Shown: positions 12,891-24,899 of the stretch, piece by piece
Position numbering within the stretch: the stretch's first letter is position 1
How the letters are laid out: the number at the start of each line of letters is the position of its first letter
Assembly (NCBI RefSeq): GCF_006345805.1
Contig: NC_043008.1
Location: 51,212,001-51,276,000 of the forward strand
Length of the DNA stretch: 64,000 bases
Reading direction: 5' to 3'
DNA from: Octopus sinensis
Taxonomy: Eukaryota
Notes under the pieces: model-generated
The model's input: the letters and a program-made list of their open reading frames with translations, nothing else
Database searches by the model: none
What the model was told of the DNA's origin: nothing
Made by a program: the position numbers and the translations under genes

Positions 12891-13408
12891 GTCTGTGCTT
12901 CTTAATGTCTTTGTCCGCTGTGTCTTTGCTCTTGTGCTTTTCCTGCTGTGATTATTGTCAATAAGTTTCGGTTTTGTTGACGTCGTTACCATTTCGACAC
13001 TTAATGACTCCCCCTCTCTCCTCTCTTCTCTCTCTCTCTTTCCTCCTCTCTTACAACCTAGGCCCTTCCCCCGCTCTTCTTCTCCGTATGCCCTGCCATA
13101 CCGAATGTGTATTCTTTAAATTGTAATCATGTTATAAAATTATGGCTTTATTCTTTCGTTGCCTGGAAGACATCAGTGTACCTACTCATCCAATTCGATT
13201 GATTCCATCATCTTTGGGCTAGCACATTTCCTCTCCACCTTTCGCTCTTCCTCGCTCACTATCACTCCCATTCTCTCTCTCTCTCCATACATTTATACAC
13301 ACTCACACATATATACATTCATATATATATATATATATATATACATGTGTGTGTATGTATATATATATATATATATATGAATGTATATATATATATATAT
13401 ATTATTGA

Positions 13409-13443
<35 letters not shown>

Positions 13444-13498
13444 CACATAAACACATACACAGATATATACATGTTGGTATGTATGCATATATATCCAT

Positions 13499-13560
<62 letters not shown>

Positions 13561-13709
13561 ATCTCTTTCCGCGTCTATTGTGCTATCGTGTCTAACTCGG
13601 TAAGTATATACTAGAGATGCAATCTAGTTTATTATACTTTTACGCTTGTTCAACTACCTTGGCATATAGATATGTATATGTTTGTATACCTGTCTACCTA
13701 CCTACCTAC

Positions 13710-13801
<92 letters not shown>

Positions 13802-13824
13802 GCATATGCTCATATATGCATATA

Positions 13825-15092
13825 CAGGGTGCGGTGAATAAATTGTCGTCTAACTTACGCAAAAGTGAAAATAATACTGACACCTCATTTCAACAGATAT
13901 ATTTACCAAAATTACATTAAAATATCTTGGAATGCCAAGCAGTAAATTCATTCAGTAAAATCCCCATTGGCTCCAACCACGGCCTCCATATGACTTCGGA
14001 ATCTCCTGCAACTCTTCTGGACAGTCTCCTTGTTTAAGTTGGTGAATGCTGCTATAATCCTTGCCTTCAGTTCTTCTTTGGTGTTACAAGACGTTTTGTT
14101 GGTCTCTCGTTCAACTGCGCCCCACACATAATAATCAAGGGGGTTGCAGTCTGGGGAGTTTTGTAGCCAGATGTTAGGGGTGGTGTGGTCGCAGAAGTTG
14201 TCTAACAGTCGTGACTGGGTTCTCCTTCTTCTGTGATATGGCGCTGAGTCCTGTTGCTAGACTAAGTTTCTTCCGGCAGGGCAGCAACATCTCTTCCAGG
14301 CACTTGATGCAGAACTCCGTGTTGAGTCTGAGGCTATGTGGGAAGATGAATGGAAGTATAACGACGCCATCACTAGTGATTACTCTAAACACCATAATGT
14401 TGGATAGGTGTTTGATTTTTAACACTCTCGGTGCACATTTTGGGGACACGGCAAGCCAACGGTTCCCATCTGATCCTATCAGAAAATTTTCTCGTTTGAG
14501 ATAACCAAAGCATGTTCGTTTGGAGGGGATAATTAAGCTTGTTCAAAAGCTTCGTAGCGCGATCTCTCCTTTTGTTCTTGAGGTAAAACTGTATTTTCCT
14601 CATCTTGTATGAGGAATACTGCATGTCTTCATTCACTACGAGCCTGATAAGAAACTCAGACTATCCTATGTCTCAGGCGATGGAGCTGATTGGCTTGGAG
14701 GGATCATTGTCAATCTTGGCTTGGAACTCACCAAAAGCTTCAGGAGTTTCTTTTCTTATCAGAACGACCAGAGTGAAGTTTCCGAGCTACCGTACCTCAG
14801 TAATCACAATTAGACTCATCCAACTCTTTTCGAATCCTTTGCACTGTCCACAAATTGACACCCAAACACTCTGAAATATTCATATTATAGCTTCCGGCAT
14901 GATTGCCAAGCAGTACAGCATGTCGTTTCCAAAATTTTTTGGCAGAGTGAATTGCGTCGTAGAAATGTTTTTCTCATAGACGGTGCCCAGCTGAACCTAC
15001 TATACTGTGTAATCGACAAAATCAAAAACAAACAATTTACATGCGCGAAATAAAAACTACAAAATGGCAATAATTTACCCATCGCACCGCTG
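13825..15092 (-). mobile_element. Fossil DD37D (maT) Tc1/mariner transposon
   Basis: Imperfect TIRs cag(g/c)ggtgcg..; translation QQDSAPYH...NSPDCNPLDYYVW with exactly 37 residues between the 2nd and 3rd Asp; IMVFRVITSDG; frameshifted. Confidence 0.9.
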
Positions 15093-15120
15093 CATATGTA
15101 TAAGTATAAATATATATATA

Positions 15121-15164
<44 letters not shown>

Positions 15165-15249
15165 TATATATATATTACATCATTTGTAAACAAATATGTT
15201 TTTGTTATCAAAGATTAATATTTATTGTAGAATAAGCAGCTGAATGGCA

Positions 15250-15338
15250 TATATAAAGGATAAAATCCTTTTAAGAGCTGAGAAATTCGCCGGCAACCAG
15301 CTCTTTTCTGCTCTTAAAAGGATTTTATCCTTTATATA
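15250..15338. repeat. Perfect ~29-bp inverted repeat with 31-nt spacer
   Basis: tatataaaggataaaatccttttaagagc / gctcttaaaaggattttatcctttatata. Confidence 0.9.
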
Positions 15339-15467
15339 TAGTCTTCAGTTTTTACGTGCTGAAAAAAAATTATATTTCTACTTGTTATATATGTATACAT
15401 GCATACATACATGCATACATACGTACATACATACATATATACATACATACATACATACATATATATA

Positions 15468-15559
<92 letters not shown>

Positions 15560-15855
15560 CACAAATATACATATATACATATAAAAATTTAGCAATTAAG
15601 GACAACTACTTAATAAGGAAAACTTAACAAGAAATTGTCAGGTAGATAGCGTGAAAACCTCATAAGAGAAAAAATTTCGAAAATAATTATTTCTTATTGA
15701 ACATATTAATTTATATATAGAGGGCATTATACATACATGCCAGAGGGCATTATACATACATGCCACACGCTAAGAGGGACAATTAGTCATTTCTACCAAA
15801 AATATTACTAATCCCACCGAATGCAATTTTTCAAAGTAAGACATTTAAAAAATAT

Positions 15856-15903
15856 AAACCTGTATCACAGTGATTTCATACTTACGTATTCATCGGCAGG
15901 CCT
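15856..15903 (-). ncRNA. Inverted twin hammerhead with U4>C core variant (CCGATGA)
   Basis: Reverse complement reads AGGCCTG-CCGATGA-ATACGTAAGTAT-GAAATCACTGTGATA-CAGGTTT. Confidence 0.7.
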
Positions 15904-16411
15904 GGATGTATCATACATAAACGACCCTGCCTCGCTTAAGCCGATCAGCTAACTGATCAACATCAACGAAGCACATGGGTGAGTTTACATATATTACATC
16001 CGGTAAATGGCAGACTTTTACGAATTGCATTAGTAATATTTTTGGTAGAAATGACTAATTGTCCCTCTTAGCGTGTGGCATGTATGTATAATGCCCTCTG
16101 GCATGTATGTATAATGCCCTCTATATATAAATTAATATGTTCAATAAGAAATAATTATTTTCGAAATTTTTTCTCTTATGAGGTTTTCACGCTATCTACC
16201 TGACAATTTCTTGTTAAGTTTTTCCTTATTAAGTAGTTGTCCTTAATTGCTAAATTTTTATTCCGAAAAACTTTTCCTTTCCCGAAATGCAATTCGTAAA
16301 AGTCTGCCATTTACCGTGTAATATATGTAAACTCACCCATGTGCTTCGTTGATGTTGATCAGTTAGCTGATCGGCTTAAGCGAGGCAGGGTCGTTTATGT
16401 ATGATACATCC

Positions 16412-16459
16412 AGGCCTGCTGATGAATACGTAAGTATGAAATCACTGTGATACAGGTCT
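16412..16459 (+). ncRNA. Minimal type I hammerhead ribozyme (all core nucleotides present)
   Basis: Stem I AGGCCTG/CAGGTCT; CTGATGA 16419-25; stem II ATAC-GTAA-GTAT; GAAA; stem III ATCAC-T-GTGAT; cleavage triplet AUA ending at 16452. Confidence 0.8.
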
Positions 16460-16631
16460 ATATTTTTTAAATGTCTTACTTTGAAAAATTGCATTCGGTG
16501 AGATTAGTAATATTTTTGGTAGAAATGACTAATTGTCCCTCTTAGCGTGTGGCATGTATGTATAATGCCCTCTGGCATGTATGTATAATGCCCTCTATAT
16601 ATAGAAACATATATACATATATATATATATA

Positions 16632-17025
16632 TACACTCTTTACTCTCTTTTACTTGTTTCAGTCATCTGACAGCGGCCATGCTGGAGCACCGCCTTTAAT
16701 CGAGCCGGGACTTATTCTTTTGTAAGCCCAGTACTTATTCTATCGGTCTCTTTTGCCGAACCACTAAGTAACGGGGACATAAACACACTAGCATCGGTGT
16801 CAGCAATGCTAGGGGGACAAACCAGACACACAAACACACACCATATATATATACATATATACGACGGGCTTCTTTCAGTTTCCGTCTACAAATCCACTCA
16901 CAAGGCTTTGATCGGCCCGAGGCTATAGTAGAAGACACTTGCCCAAGGTGCCATGCAGTGGGTCTGAACCCGGAACCACGTGGCTGGTAAACAAGTTACT
17001 TAACACACAGTCACTCCTGCGCGCC
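16632..17025 (-). mobile_element. SINE family A, full length
   Basis: Matches 21503-21920 in reverse. Confidence 0.9.
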
Positions 17026-17044
17026 TATACATAAATATATATAT

Positions 17045-17103
<59 letters not shown>

Positions 17104-17107
<4 letters not shown>

Positions 17108-17290
17108 AAGTAAGGGTAAGAAATTGAATATTAATTTGATTAATATCAATTTAAAACCTGTGGTCTAGCATATAGAAAAATCTGAAGATTCAGAAAAATT
17201 ATATAACATACATATAAGCGAGATGACCACTAAGTGGACATCCATTATACTGTACGTCGACCTCCTATGGTCTTACCACTAAGAAAGGAA
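17104..17290. mobile_element. (TA)n-anchored interspersed repeat (family also at 20723 and 32530)
   Basis: Shared block aatattaattt.attaa.atcaatttaaaacc.gt.g.ctagcata...aaaatctgaa. Confidence 0.7.
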
Positions 17291-17591
17291 TGTTCTAAAA
17301 GGAAATTTAGCAAACGCCAGAACGTAAGCGAGTAAGACAAATGAAAAGATACAAAATATAAAGATCAATCACAAACCAGTTTCGAAACAGTTGGAAAGTG
17401 ACTCGAGGTTTGAGAGTTTCGGCATACGCCCACGCACTCAAACTTGCGCGCGCATATACACATACATATACACACTCACACACACGTGCATACACCACAC
17501 ACACATATATATATAATTATACATATACAAGCACGTTAAATATGGTAGTAGTTGTCTAATAGACCGACAAAATTACATTATTAAATATTAC

Positions 17592-17669
<78 letters not shown>

Positions 17670-18093
17670 GGTTAGAAATTAAATTTCTTATATCGATTTG
17701 CGATGAGAGAAAGCAAAGATTGAAATAAAAGTGTGAGCATTATAAAGAGGAAATGGCGGTTAATTGGTAATTACTATTGAAGAATCAATGAGAAAAACAA
17801 AGGAATAATCGAAGTCCATCACTCGTCTTCTTCATCTTCTCCATCCTTTTTTCTAGTTCCTTTTGTCCTTCTGCCGATTTATCTATCTCGTCGCGTCAGT
17901 CCTTGTTTGTTTAGCTGTTATTGTCATCAATTCTGTTCGTTTTGTTCAAAAATGATGACAGTTTATCTAATTTTTATGTTTGTTTGTTCTTGAAGTACCA
18001 TCTTGTGGGAAATTACGTAAATTGCTTCCCGTTTTGAGTGTTTATGAACATATATATACATACAAACACATACATATATATATATATATATGC

Positions 18094-18130
<37 letters not shown>

Positions 18131-18299
18131 GAATTATAAAATTCTCTGATGAGCAAATGAGGGAGAGAAAAAGACAGACAGACAAGACAGTCGTAATCTG
18201 TAAAATTCTTCCGAAATAAGGAAATAAGAGCAAAAGGAAAATATATATATAAAAAATATATATAAAGACAATCCCATTGCAAGTTACTAACTAAAATGT

Positions 18300-18424
18300 A
18301 ATAATGATTATGTTTGCGACTAGATCAACAACTATAACAAGAACGATAATAATAATATAATAATAATAATAATAATGATAATGATGATGATGATGATGAT
18401 GAGATGATGATGATGATGATAATG

Positions 18425-18463
<39 letters not shown>

Positions 18464-18467
18464 TTAA

Positions 18468-18507
<40 letters not shown>

Positions 18508-18588
18508 TAATATGATGATGATGATGATGATTGATATGATGATGATTGATGATATAATAAAATAATAATAATAATAATAATAATAAAG

Positions 18589-18639
<51 letters not shown>

Positions 18640-18730
18640 AATAATAATAATGAAATAATCATAATAATGATAATAATAATAATAATAATAATGGTAATGA
18701 TAATGATAATGATAATAATAATGATGGTAT
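18300..18730. repeat. (AAT/GAT)n microsatellite
   Basis: Direct reading. Confidence 0.95.
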
Positions 18731-18903
18731 CTGAAGGAGAAAAAAATAAACAGAAATAAAACTATACATAAGGAATACATCTATTACGTCAAACCAATAA
18801 CATTGAATGTTTCGTTACATCTGGTCCACTTCTGAGAGTCCAGATTTGAGGTTAAGTGTTGGGTGTGGCGGTGTTTGAGGGTCTGGTGGCTTGGTGGTTT
18901 GGC

Positions 18904-19003
18904 NNNNNNNNNNNNNNNNNNNNNNNNNNNNNNNNNNNNNNNNNNNNNNNNNNNNNNNNNNNNNNNNNNNNNNNNNNNNNNNNNNNNNNNNNNNNNNNNN
19001 NNN
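18904..19003. other. Assembly gap (100 N)
   Basis: Run of exactly 100 N; placeholder length, true gap size unknown. Confidence 0.99.
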
Positions 19004-19864
19004 ACATCTAATGGGAAGTCATGATATCATCAGCTGACAAACTTGCTCAAGGTATTAACGCATCACTCCAGATGCTTGCCTTCCCTACTCCTGAACTTAT
19101 TATGAGGTGAATGCCGAGATTGTTAACATCATTGCTAACATCATCAATCATCATTGCCACACCACCAACTCCATCATTGTCATCATCGTCATCATCATCA
19201 TCTTCACCATAATCATCATCATCATTGCCACGAGCACCCCCACCCCCACCAACAACCCCATCACCACCATCATCGGCATCATCACCATCGTCATCATCAT
19301 CACCACCATTGTCGTCATCATCATCACCATCATCATAATCGTCGTCATCCTCATGGCCACCACCGCCAATCCTCAAAATCATATAATTTGATTGTCATCA
19401 TGTCAGTTTCAAAGTGATATACAGTCAATAATTTTAACTATGGAAGGTCGTTAAAGATATAAACGAAATATTTATCACTACGAAATGTGTCTCAGTACTA
19501 CACTCCAAACTTGCTTCACTATGGAAACAAATTAGACACACACACACATACATACACAGCCAAACACACATAAATTTATGACTGTATGCATGTATGTGTG
19601 TGTGTGTGTGTGTGCACACGTATATTTGTGTGTGTATATTGCCATATCATGGTATCAACCAGATTATTGGATATTGTTATACATCACTGGTCACAATGCA
19701 CTTTGCATTCATTTAGATTTCAAATGATGTCACCCCACTGGCTAGATGAGCAGGTCGATATGTGTGTGTGTGTGTGTGTGTATGTGTGCATGTGTATATA
19801 TATCAACATACTAATATATATATATATATATATATATAAGCATGTATAAATATATATATATGAA

Positions 19865-20160
19865 GCGAACCATCCGATCGTGGCCGTTGCCAGCGCCGCC
19901 CTGACTGGCCTCCGTGCCGGTGGCACGTAAAAAGCACCATCCGTCCGTGGCCGTTTGCCAGCTCCATCTGGTACCTGTGCGGGTGGCACGTAAAAAGCAC
20001 CCACTACACTCACAGAGTGGTTGGCGTTAGGAAGGGCATCCAGCTGTAGAAACACTGCCAGATCAGACTGTGCCTGATGCAGCCTTCTGGCTTCACAGAC
20101 CCCAGTTGAACCGTCCAACCCATGCTAGCATGGAAAGCGGATGCTAAATGATGATGATGA
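19865..20160 (+). mobile_element. RTE 3'-end fragment (truncated LINE or RTE-tailed SINE) with (GAT)n tail
   Basis: ggcacgtaaaaagcacc...ggaagggcatccagctgtagaaac...atgatgatg equals the 3' end of the RTE at 56718-56900. Confidence 0.85.
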
Positions 20161-20218
20161 TATATATATATGTATATGCATGTATATATGTACCATATAA
20201 ATGTATGTGTGTGTATAT

Positions 20219-20680
20219 CTTCACAAATACTAACTGGACACAGACTGTGTGTTGTTAGCCAGTGAGAGGAGATGTCTTCCTGGGGCTATAGCCAACAGTA
20301 GCACTGTCCTGTATAGGCTGCCATATTTAGTTGGCAAATATAGTTTATGATTCCAAACCACTACTGTTTATATCTCACTCAGAGATTTAATTTAACGATC
20401 TCTCTTTTGCGAGATCAGCAACAGCCAGTCGCTACAAAAGTATATAGTAATTTGCAAGTGGAGTGAGCTTTCATCACTAGCTAGTGATTAACAAACACTG
20501 AGGATGGGTAACCATCCAGAAACTAGAGTCCGTGTGTATCATGTAAGGCTAACCCTCCTTCGCAAATACTAACCGGACACAGACTGTGTCATTAGCCAGC
20601 TGGAGGAGATACCTTCCTGGGGCTATAAATAACAGCAGCACTGTCCTGTATAGGACATCACATTTAGTTGGCAATTATAG

Positions 20681-20682
<2 letters not shown>
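20219..20682 (+). mobile_element. Retrozyme-like element: ~125-bp direct terminal repeats 339 bp apart, enclosing a hammerhead motif
   Basis: 20219-20345 resembles 20558-20682; CTGAGGA-TGGGT AACC ATCCA-GAAAC TAGA GTC at 20498-20530; flanked by TA-rich repeats. Confidence 0.65.
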
Positions 20683-20720
<38 letters not shown>

Positions 20721-20722
20721 AC

Positions 20723-20880
20723 ATTTAAGTAAAAAAGGGAGATAAATGAATATTAATTTAATTAATATCAATTTAAAACCAGTAGCCTAGCATACAAAAA
20801 TCTGAAAAATCAGAGAAAATTCTAATACATGTGTATCTTTAAGGGCTAAAAACCACTATTTAAAGGGCTAAAAAACACAA
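20723..20880. mobile_element. (TA)n-anchored interspersed repeat, second copy
   Basis: Near-identical to 32530-32660. Confidence 0.75.
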
Positions 20881-20905
20881 ATATATATATATATATATAT
20901 ATTTA

Positions 20906-20936
<31 letters not shown>

Positions 20937-21502
20937 CATACACACACATATATACACCAAACACACCACACACATATATATATACATATACACACACACA
21001 TATATATATATATCAACAATTATAATAGTAAGGACTATTACGAAGTTGGATTTATATATTAACTGTTAAATAACCTATTTTGAATACCTGAGAGCAAACT
21101 GGAAACGTTTGGTGCAATCCCTTACTACTTACAAATAAATAATTATATATATATATATATATAATAAAACGAATGGTTTGCACCTGGTAGCTTCCTGGTA
21201 AAGCATGGTCACTATCACAGGGTTCATTATGTATATGGTAAATGAGAGACGGAAGATATGAGACTTTTTATTAATCACTACAATTGTTTCGATGCATCTA
21301 GCATCAATCCCTCCTCAAGGATGGGATTCTAAACAACTGTTTCAGGAGCATCCGATGGTGCAGATGTGTTTCTTTGGGTGGTAAATAGATATAACTGATT
21401 AAAATAACAGTTCCGCAATGTATCTTTCCATGTTGTAGAATGGAAAGCAGAAAGACAAAGGCTCTATCTTCATTTATGTGGAAGATCAATAATAAAATAA
21501 CA

Positions 21503-21667
21503 GGCGCAGGAGTGGCTGTGTGGTAAGTAGCTTGCTAACCAACCACATGGTTCCGGGTTCAGTCCCACTGCGTGGCATCTTGGGTAAGTGTCTTCTGCTT
21601 TAGCCCCGGGCCGACCAATGCCTTGTGAGTGGATCTGGTAGACGGAAACTGAAAGAAGCCTGTCGTA

Positions 21668-21708
<41 letters not shown>

Positions 21709-21920
21709 TTGTGTGTCTGTGTTTGTCTCCCTAGCATTGCTTGACAACCGATGCTGGTGTGTTTATGTCCCCGTCACTTAGCGGTTCGGCAAAAGAGACC
21801 GATAGAATAAGTACTGGGCTTACAAAGAATAAGTCCCGGGGTCGATTTGATTGACTAAAGACAGTGCTCCAGCATGGCTGCAGTCAAATGACTGAAACAA
21901 GTAAAAGAGTAAAAGAGAGT
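21503..21920 (+). mobile_element. SINE family A, reference full-length copy (tRNA-like head, internal (TA)n(TG)n, GTAAAAGA-repeat tail)
   Basis: A-box-like TGGCTGTGTGG, B-box-like GGTTCAGTCCC, cttggg(t/c)aagt motif, about 20 related copies in the window. Confidence 0.9.
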
Positions 21921-22020
21921 ATGAAAGAAGCAAACATGCAATACCGAGCGACAAGTATTAAAAAGAACTATTAATGGATATGGCTGTATAAACACCCTCT
22001 CGCAAGCTGCATGGCACAAG

Positions 22021-22293
22021 TACTGGGGGCTTGTCAATTTGGGGCCCTATTAATTCAGAACTTTGTCTATTTTGGGCCATGTCAATTTAGGATGTTGCCA
22101 GTTTAGGACCTAGCCTTATTGGGGCCTTGATGATTTAAGACCTAAATTTAGGGCCCACTCAATTTAAGGCCCTCATTAATTTGAGTCCTTTAGAGCTGTG
22201 TCTATTCCGCATCATCTCAATTTAGGGCCTTGTCTATTCAGCGTCTTCTCAGTTTGGGGGCTTATCAATTAAGGATTTTTCTATTTAGGGCCT
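22021..22293. repeat. Degenerate ~16-bp minisatellite, consensus ~GTCAATTTAGGGCCTT
   Basis: Recurring caattt(a/g)gggcc(t) units at ~16-bp spacing. Confidence 0.7.
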
Positions 22294-23310
22294 GGGTCAG
22301 GACTGATGTTAGGTTAAAGAACAACAACAATGGAGAACACATTAAATAGTGTAGTCCTAGATACACTGTGCCTGAATAAAAGACAAGTTTATGATACTTA
22401 GAAACACTTTTGGGCATGGATCAGGAGTGACCTTGGGTTAAACAACATCAACAATATCAACAAAAAAGAACATTACTAACACTAAGAACACCACCATCAT
22501 CATCATCACCACCACCACTGCCGCCACTACCACCACCACCGCCACTAACAGTACCACCATCAGGAACAACAACAACAACAACACACCAGACATGGTAATC
22601 TCACTATGCTTAAACCATTGACATGTTTATACTGTAAGATGAGCACTTTGAAACCACCACCACCACCACCGTTACCACACTCGCTGCCTCTCACTTCCTC
22701 TCTCTCTCTCGCCCCCCCACTACTCACCACCCTCTTCGTTCCACCTCCAACACTCATACCTACTACATTCCTGCACTCTTACTTAACACAACTAAGAGGT
22801 GGTGGTGGGAGGGGGGCAGCAGTTAGATAATTCCAAGTGAATCTCTCTCACACACACACACACACACCACACATTGACACGTGTAGTCTCTCTCTTTCAC
22901 TTTCTCTCTCACACACACATTCACGCTTATATACATACACACACACATATTCCCTCTATACACATGTAGTCCTCTCTCCTTTTACACACACACACATACT
23001 TCTACATATACATTCTTACATCAATATACACACACACACCACTACCAGCATATATGTACACATAAATGCACAAACACACAGTTATGCATATTTACATACA
23101 TAAATACATACATATCTATATACATGTGTATGTACACACACACATACACACACATATATATATATATGCATACATACACGCAAACATACAGCGTATTCTA
23201 TGCTACATTAATTTATCATGTTCTGTCATTCTCTGAGATTACCAAATTAGCAGTTCCTACCCTAATCCATTGCTTTCTCCAATAAAATAATTTACTACAA
23301 CCTAATACAA

Positions 23311-23434
23311 CAGTTTCAATCCTGGGGCTCCTTAGGGCCCACAGGGGTGATCAGGTGAGCATAATTAAAAGATTAGAGCCAGGGGCCTGTTGGGTAAAAA
23401 TCTGTACTCTGTAGGAAAACGGTTGGGAATCTTG
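23311..23434. mobile_element. Degenerate hAT-type MITE
   Basis: Ends cagtttcaatcctgggg / ggttgggaatcttg resemble CAGTGGTT(TT/CC)CAACC TIRs. Confidence 0.4.
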
Positions 23435-23611
23435 CCCTGATTTTTAATGCTTTTGCGTGTATTTTGTACATTCAAGAAAAATTTTCCAGAGATCTGGGGG
23501 ATCACAAGAATAACAATATGTATGATAATTTATTACATATATGAATAATGCATATATCACAATATCATGGTACTGACCAGTCTACAAGAGAAACACATAC
23601 ACATCTGTGTA

Positions 23612-23821
23612 TACTTTTACTCTTTTACTTGTTTCAGTCATTTGACTGCGGCCATGCTGGAGCACCGCCTTTAGTCGAGCAACTGGACCCCGGGACTTAT
23701 TCTTTGTAAGCCCAGTACTTATTCTATCGGTCTCTTTTGCCGACACCGCTAAGTGATGGGGACGTAAACACACCGTCATCGGTTGTCAAGCAATGCTAGG
23801 GGGACAAACACAGACACACAG

Positions 23822-23867
<46 letters not shown>

Positions 23868-24029
23868 GACAGGCTTCTTTCAGTTTCCATCTACCAAATC
23901 CATTCACAAGGCATTGGTCGGCCCAGGGCTATAGCAGAAGACACTTGCCCAAGATGCCACGCAGTGGGACTGAACCCGGAACCATGTGGTTGGTTAGCAA
24001 GCTACTTACCACACAGCCACTCCTGCGCA
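23612..24029 (-). mobile_element. SINE family A, full length
   Basis: Matches the reference copy in reverse. Confidence 0.9.
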
Positions 24030-24304
24030 TGTATATATATGTGTGTGTGTGTGTGTATGTATAAATTTATATTTATATATACATACCATACACACATCAT
24101 CATCCTTTAAATTCTGCTTTCCATGCTGGCATGAGTTTTATATATATATATATGTTGCTCAGTAGTTAGTGTCAGGCCACATCATGAATTTGAACTCAAA
24201 ATATAAAGACAGGCAAAATACAACTAATTTACCCTGTGCTTTAACAATTCTGCCAGTTAGCTAATAATAATAATAACAATTATATATATATATATATATA
24301 TATA

Positions 24305-24748
24305 TCATCATCGTTTAATGTTCGTTTTCTATGCTAGCATGGGTTGGACGGTTCGACCGGGGTCTAGGAAGTCAGGAGGCTGCACCAGGCTCCAGCCTGA
24401 TCTGGCAGTGTTTCTACAGCTGGATGCCCTTCCTAATGCCAACCACTCCATGAGTGTAGTGGGTGCTTTTTATGTGCCACCTGCACAGGGGCCAGAGGAG
24501 GCTGGCAACTTCCACAATTGGTTGGTGCTTTTTATGTGCCTCCAGCACAGATGCCAGTCAAGGTGGCGCTAGTATCGACCACATTCAGATTGTGCTTTTT
24601 ACATGTCACTGGCACAGGTATCACAACTACAATTTCCATTTGATTTTATTTTGATGTTGATATACATGACTCAATACGTCTCCTCAAGCACAGCAAGATG
24701 CCCTACGCTCCAAGGTTAGCACAGCAGGCCGTCCTGTGAGCCATGAAC
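24305..24748 (-). mobile_element. 5'-truncated RTE copy (end of ORF plus 3' UTR plus (GAT)n)
   Basis: Same 3' end as 56718-; the region 24680-24748 resembles the RTE C-terminal coding end. Confidence 0.75.
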
Positions 24749-24899
24749 TCATATATATATATATATTAATATATTTCAGGTTGGTCACCTTTTTTAACCT
24801 TTATTCGGCAAGAAGTAAAATTACCAGCCCTAATGATAGTGATATCTATTTCAAAACACAATTTCACATCAGGAATCTTGCATAACAAATTCATAAATG

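Larger units (their letters stand above)
15581..16603. mobile_element. Hammerhead-bearing retrozyme/Penelope-pLTR-like element: inverted partial copy plus a terminally redundant direct copy
   Basis: Segments A1(15581-15711) T(15712-15810) B(15811-16030) | T'(16031-16129) A1'(16130-16261) x B'(16287-16504) T'(16505-16603); copies near-identical. Confidence 0.8.

Noticed and set aside
17385-17445. Minus-strand hairpin with GGC-GTAT-GCC-GAAAC
   Set aside because: No CUGANGA core and no stem III; not called a hammerhead.
21503-21580. tRNA genes at SINE heads
   Set aside because: A/B-box-like motifs continue into SINE bodies and no full cloverleaf forms.
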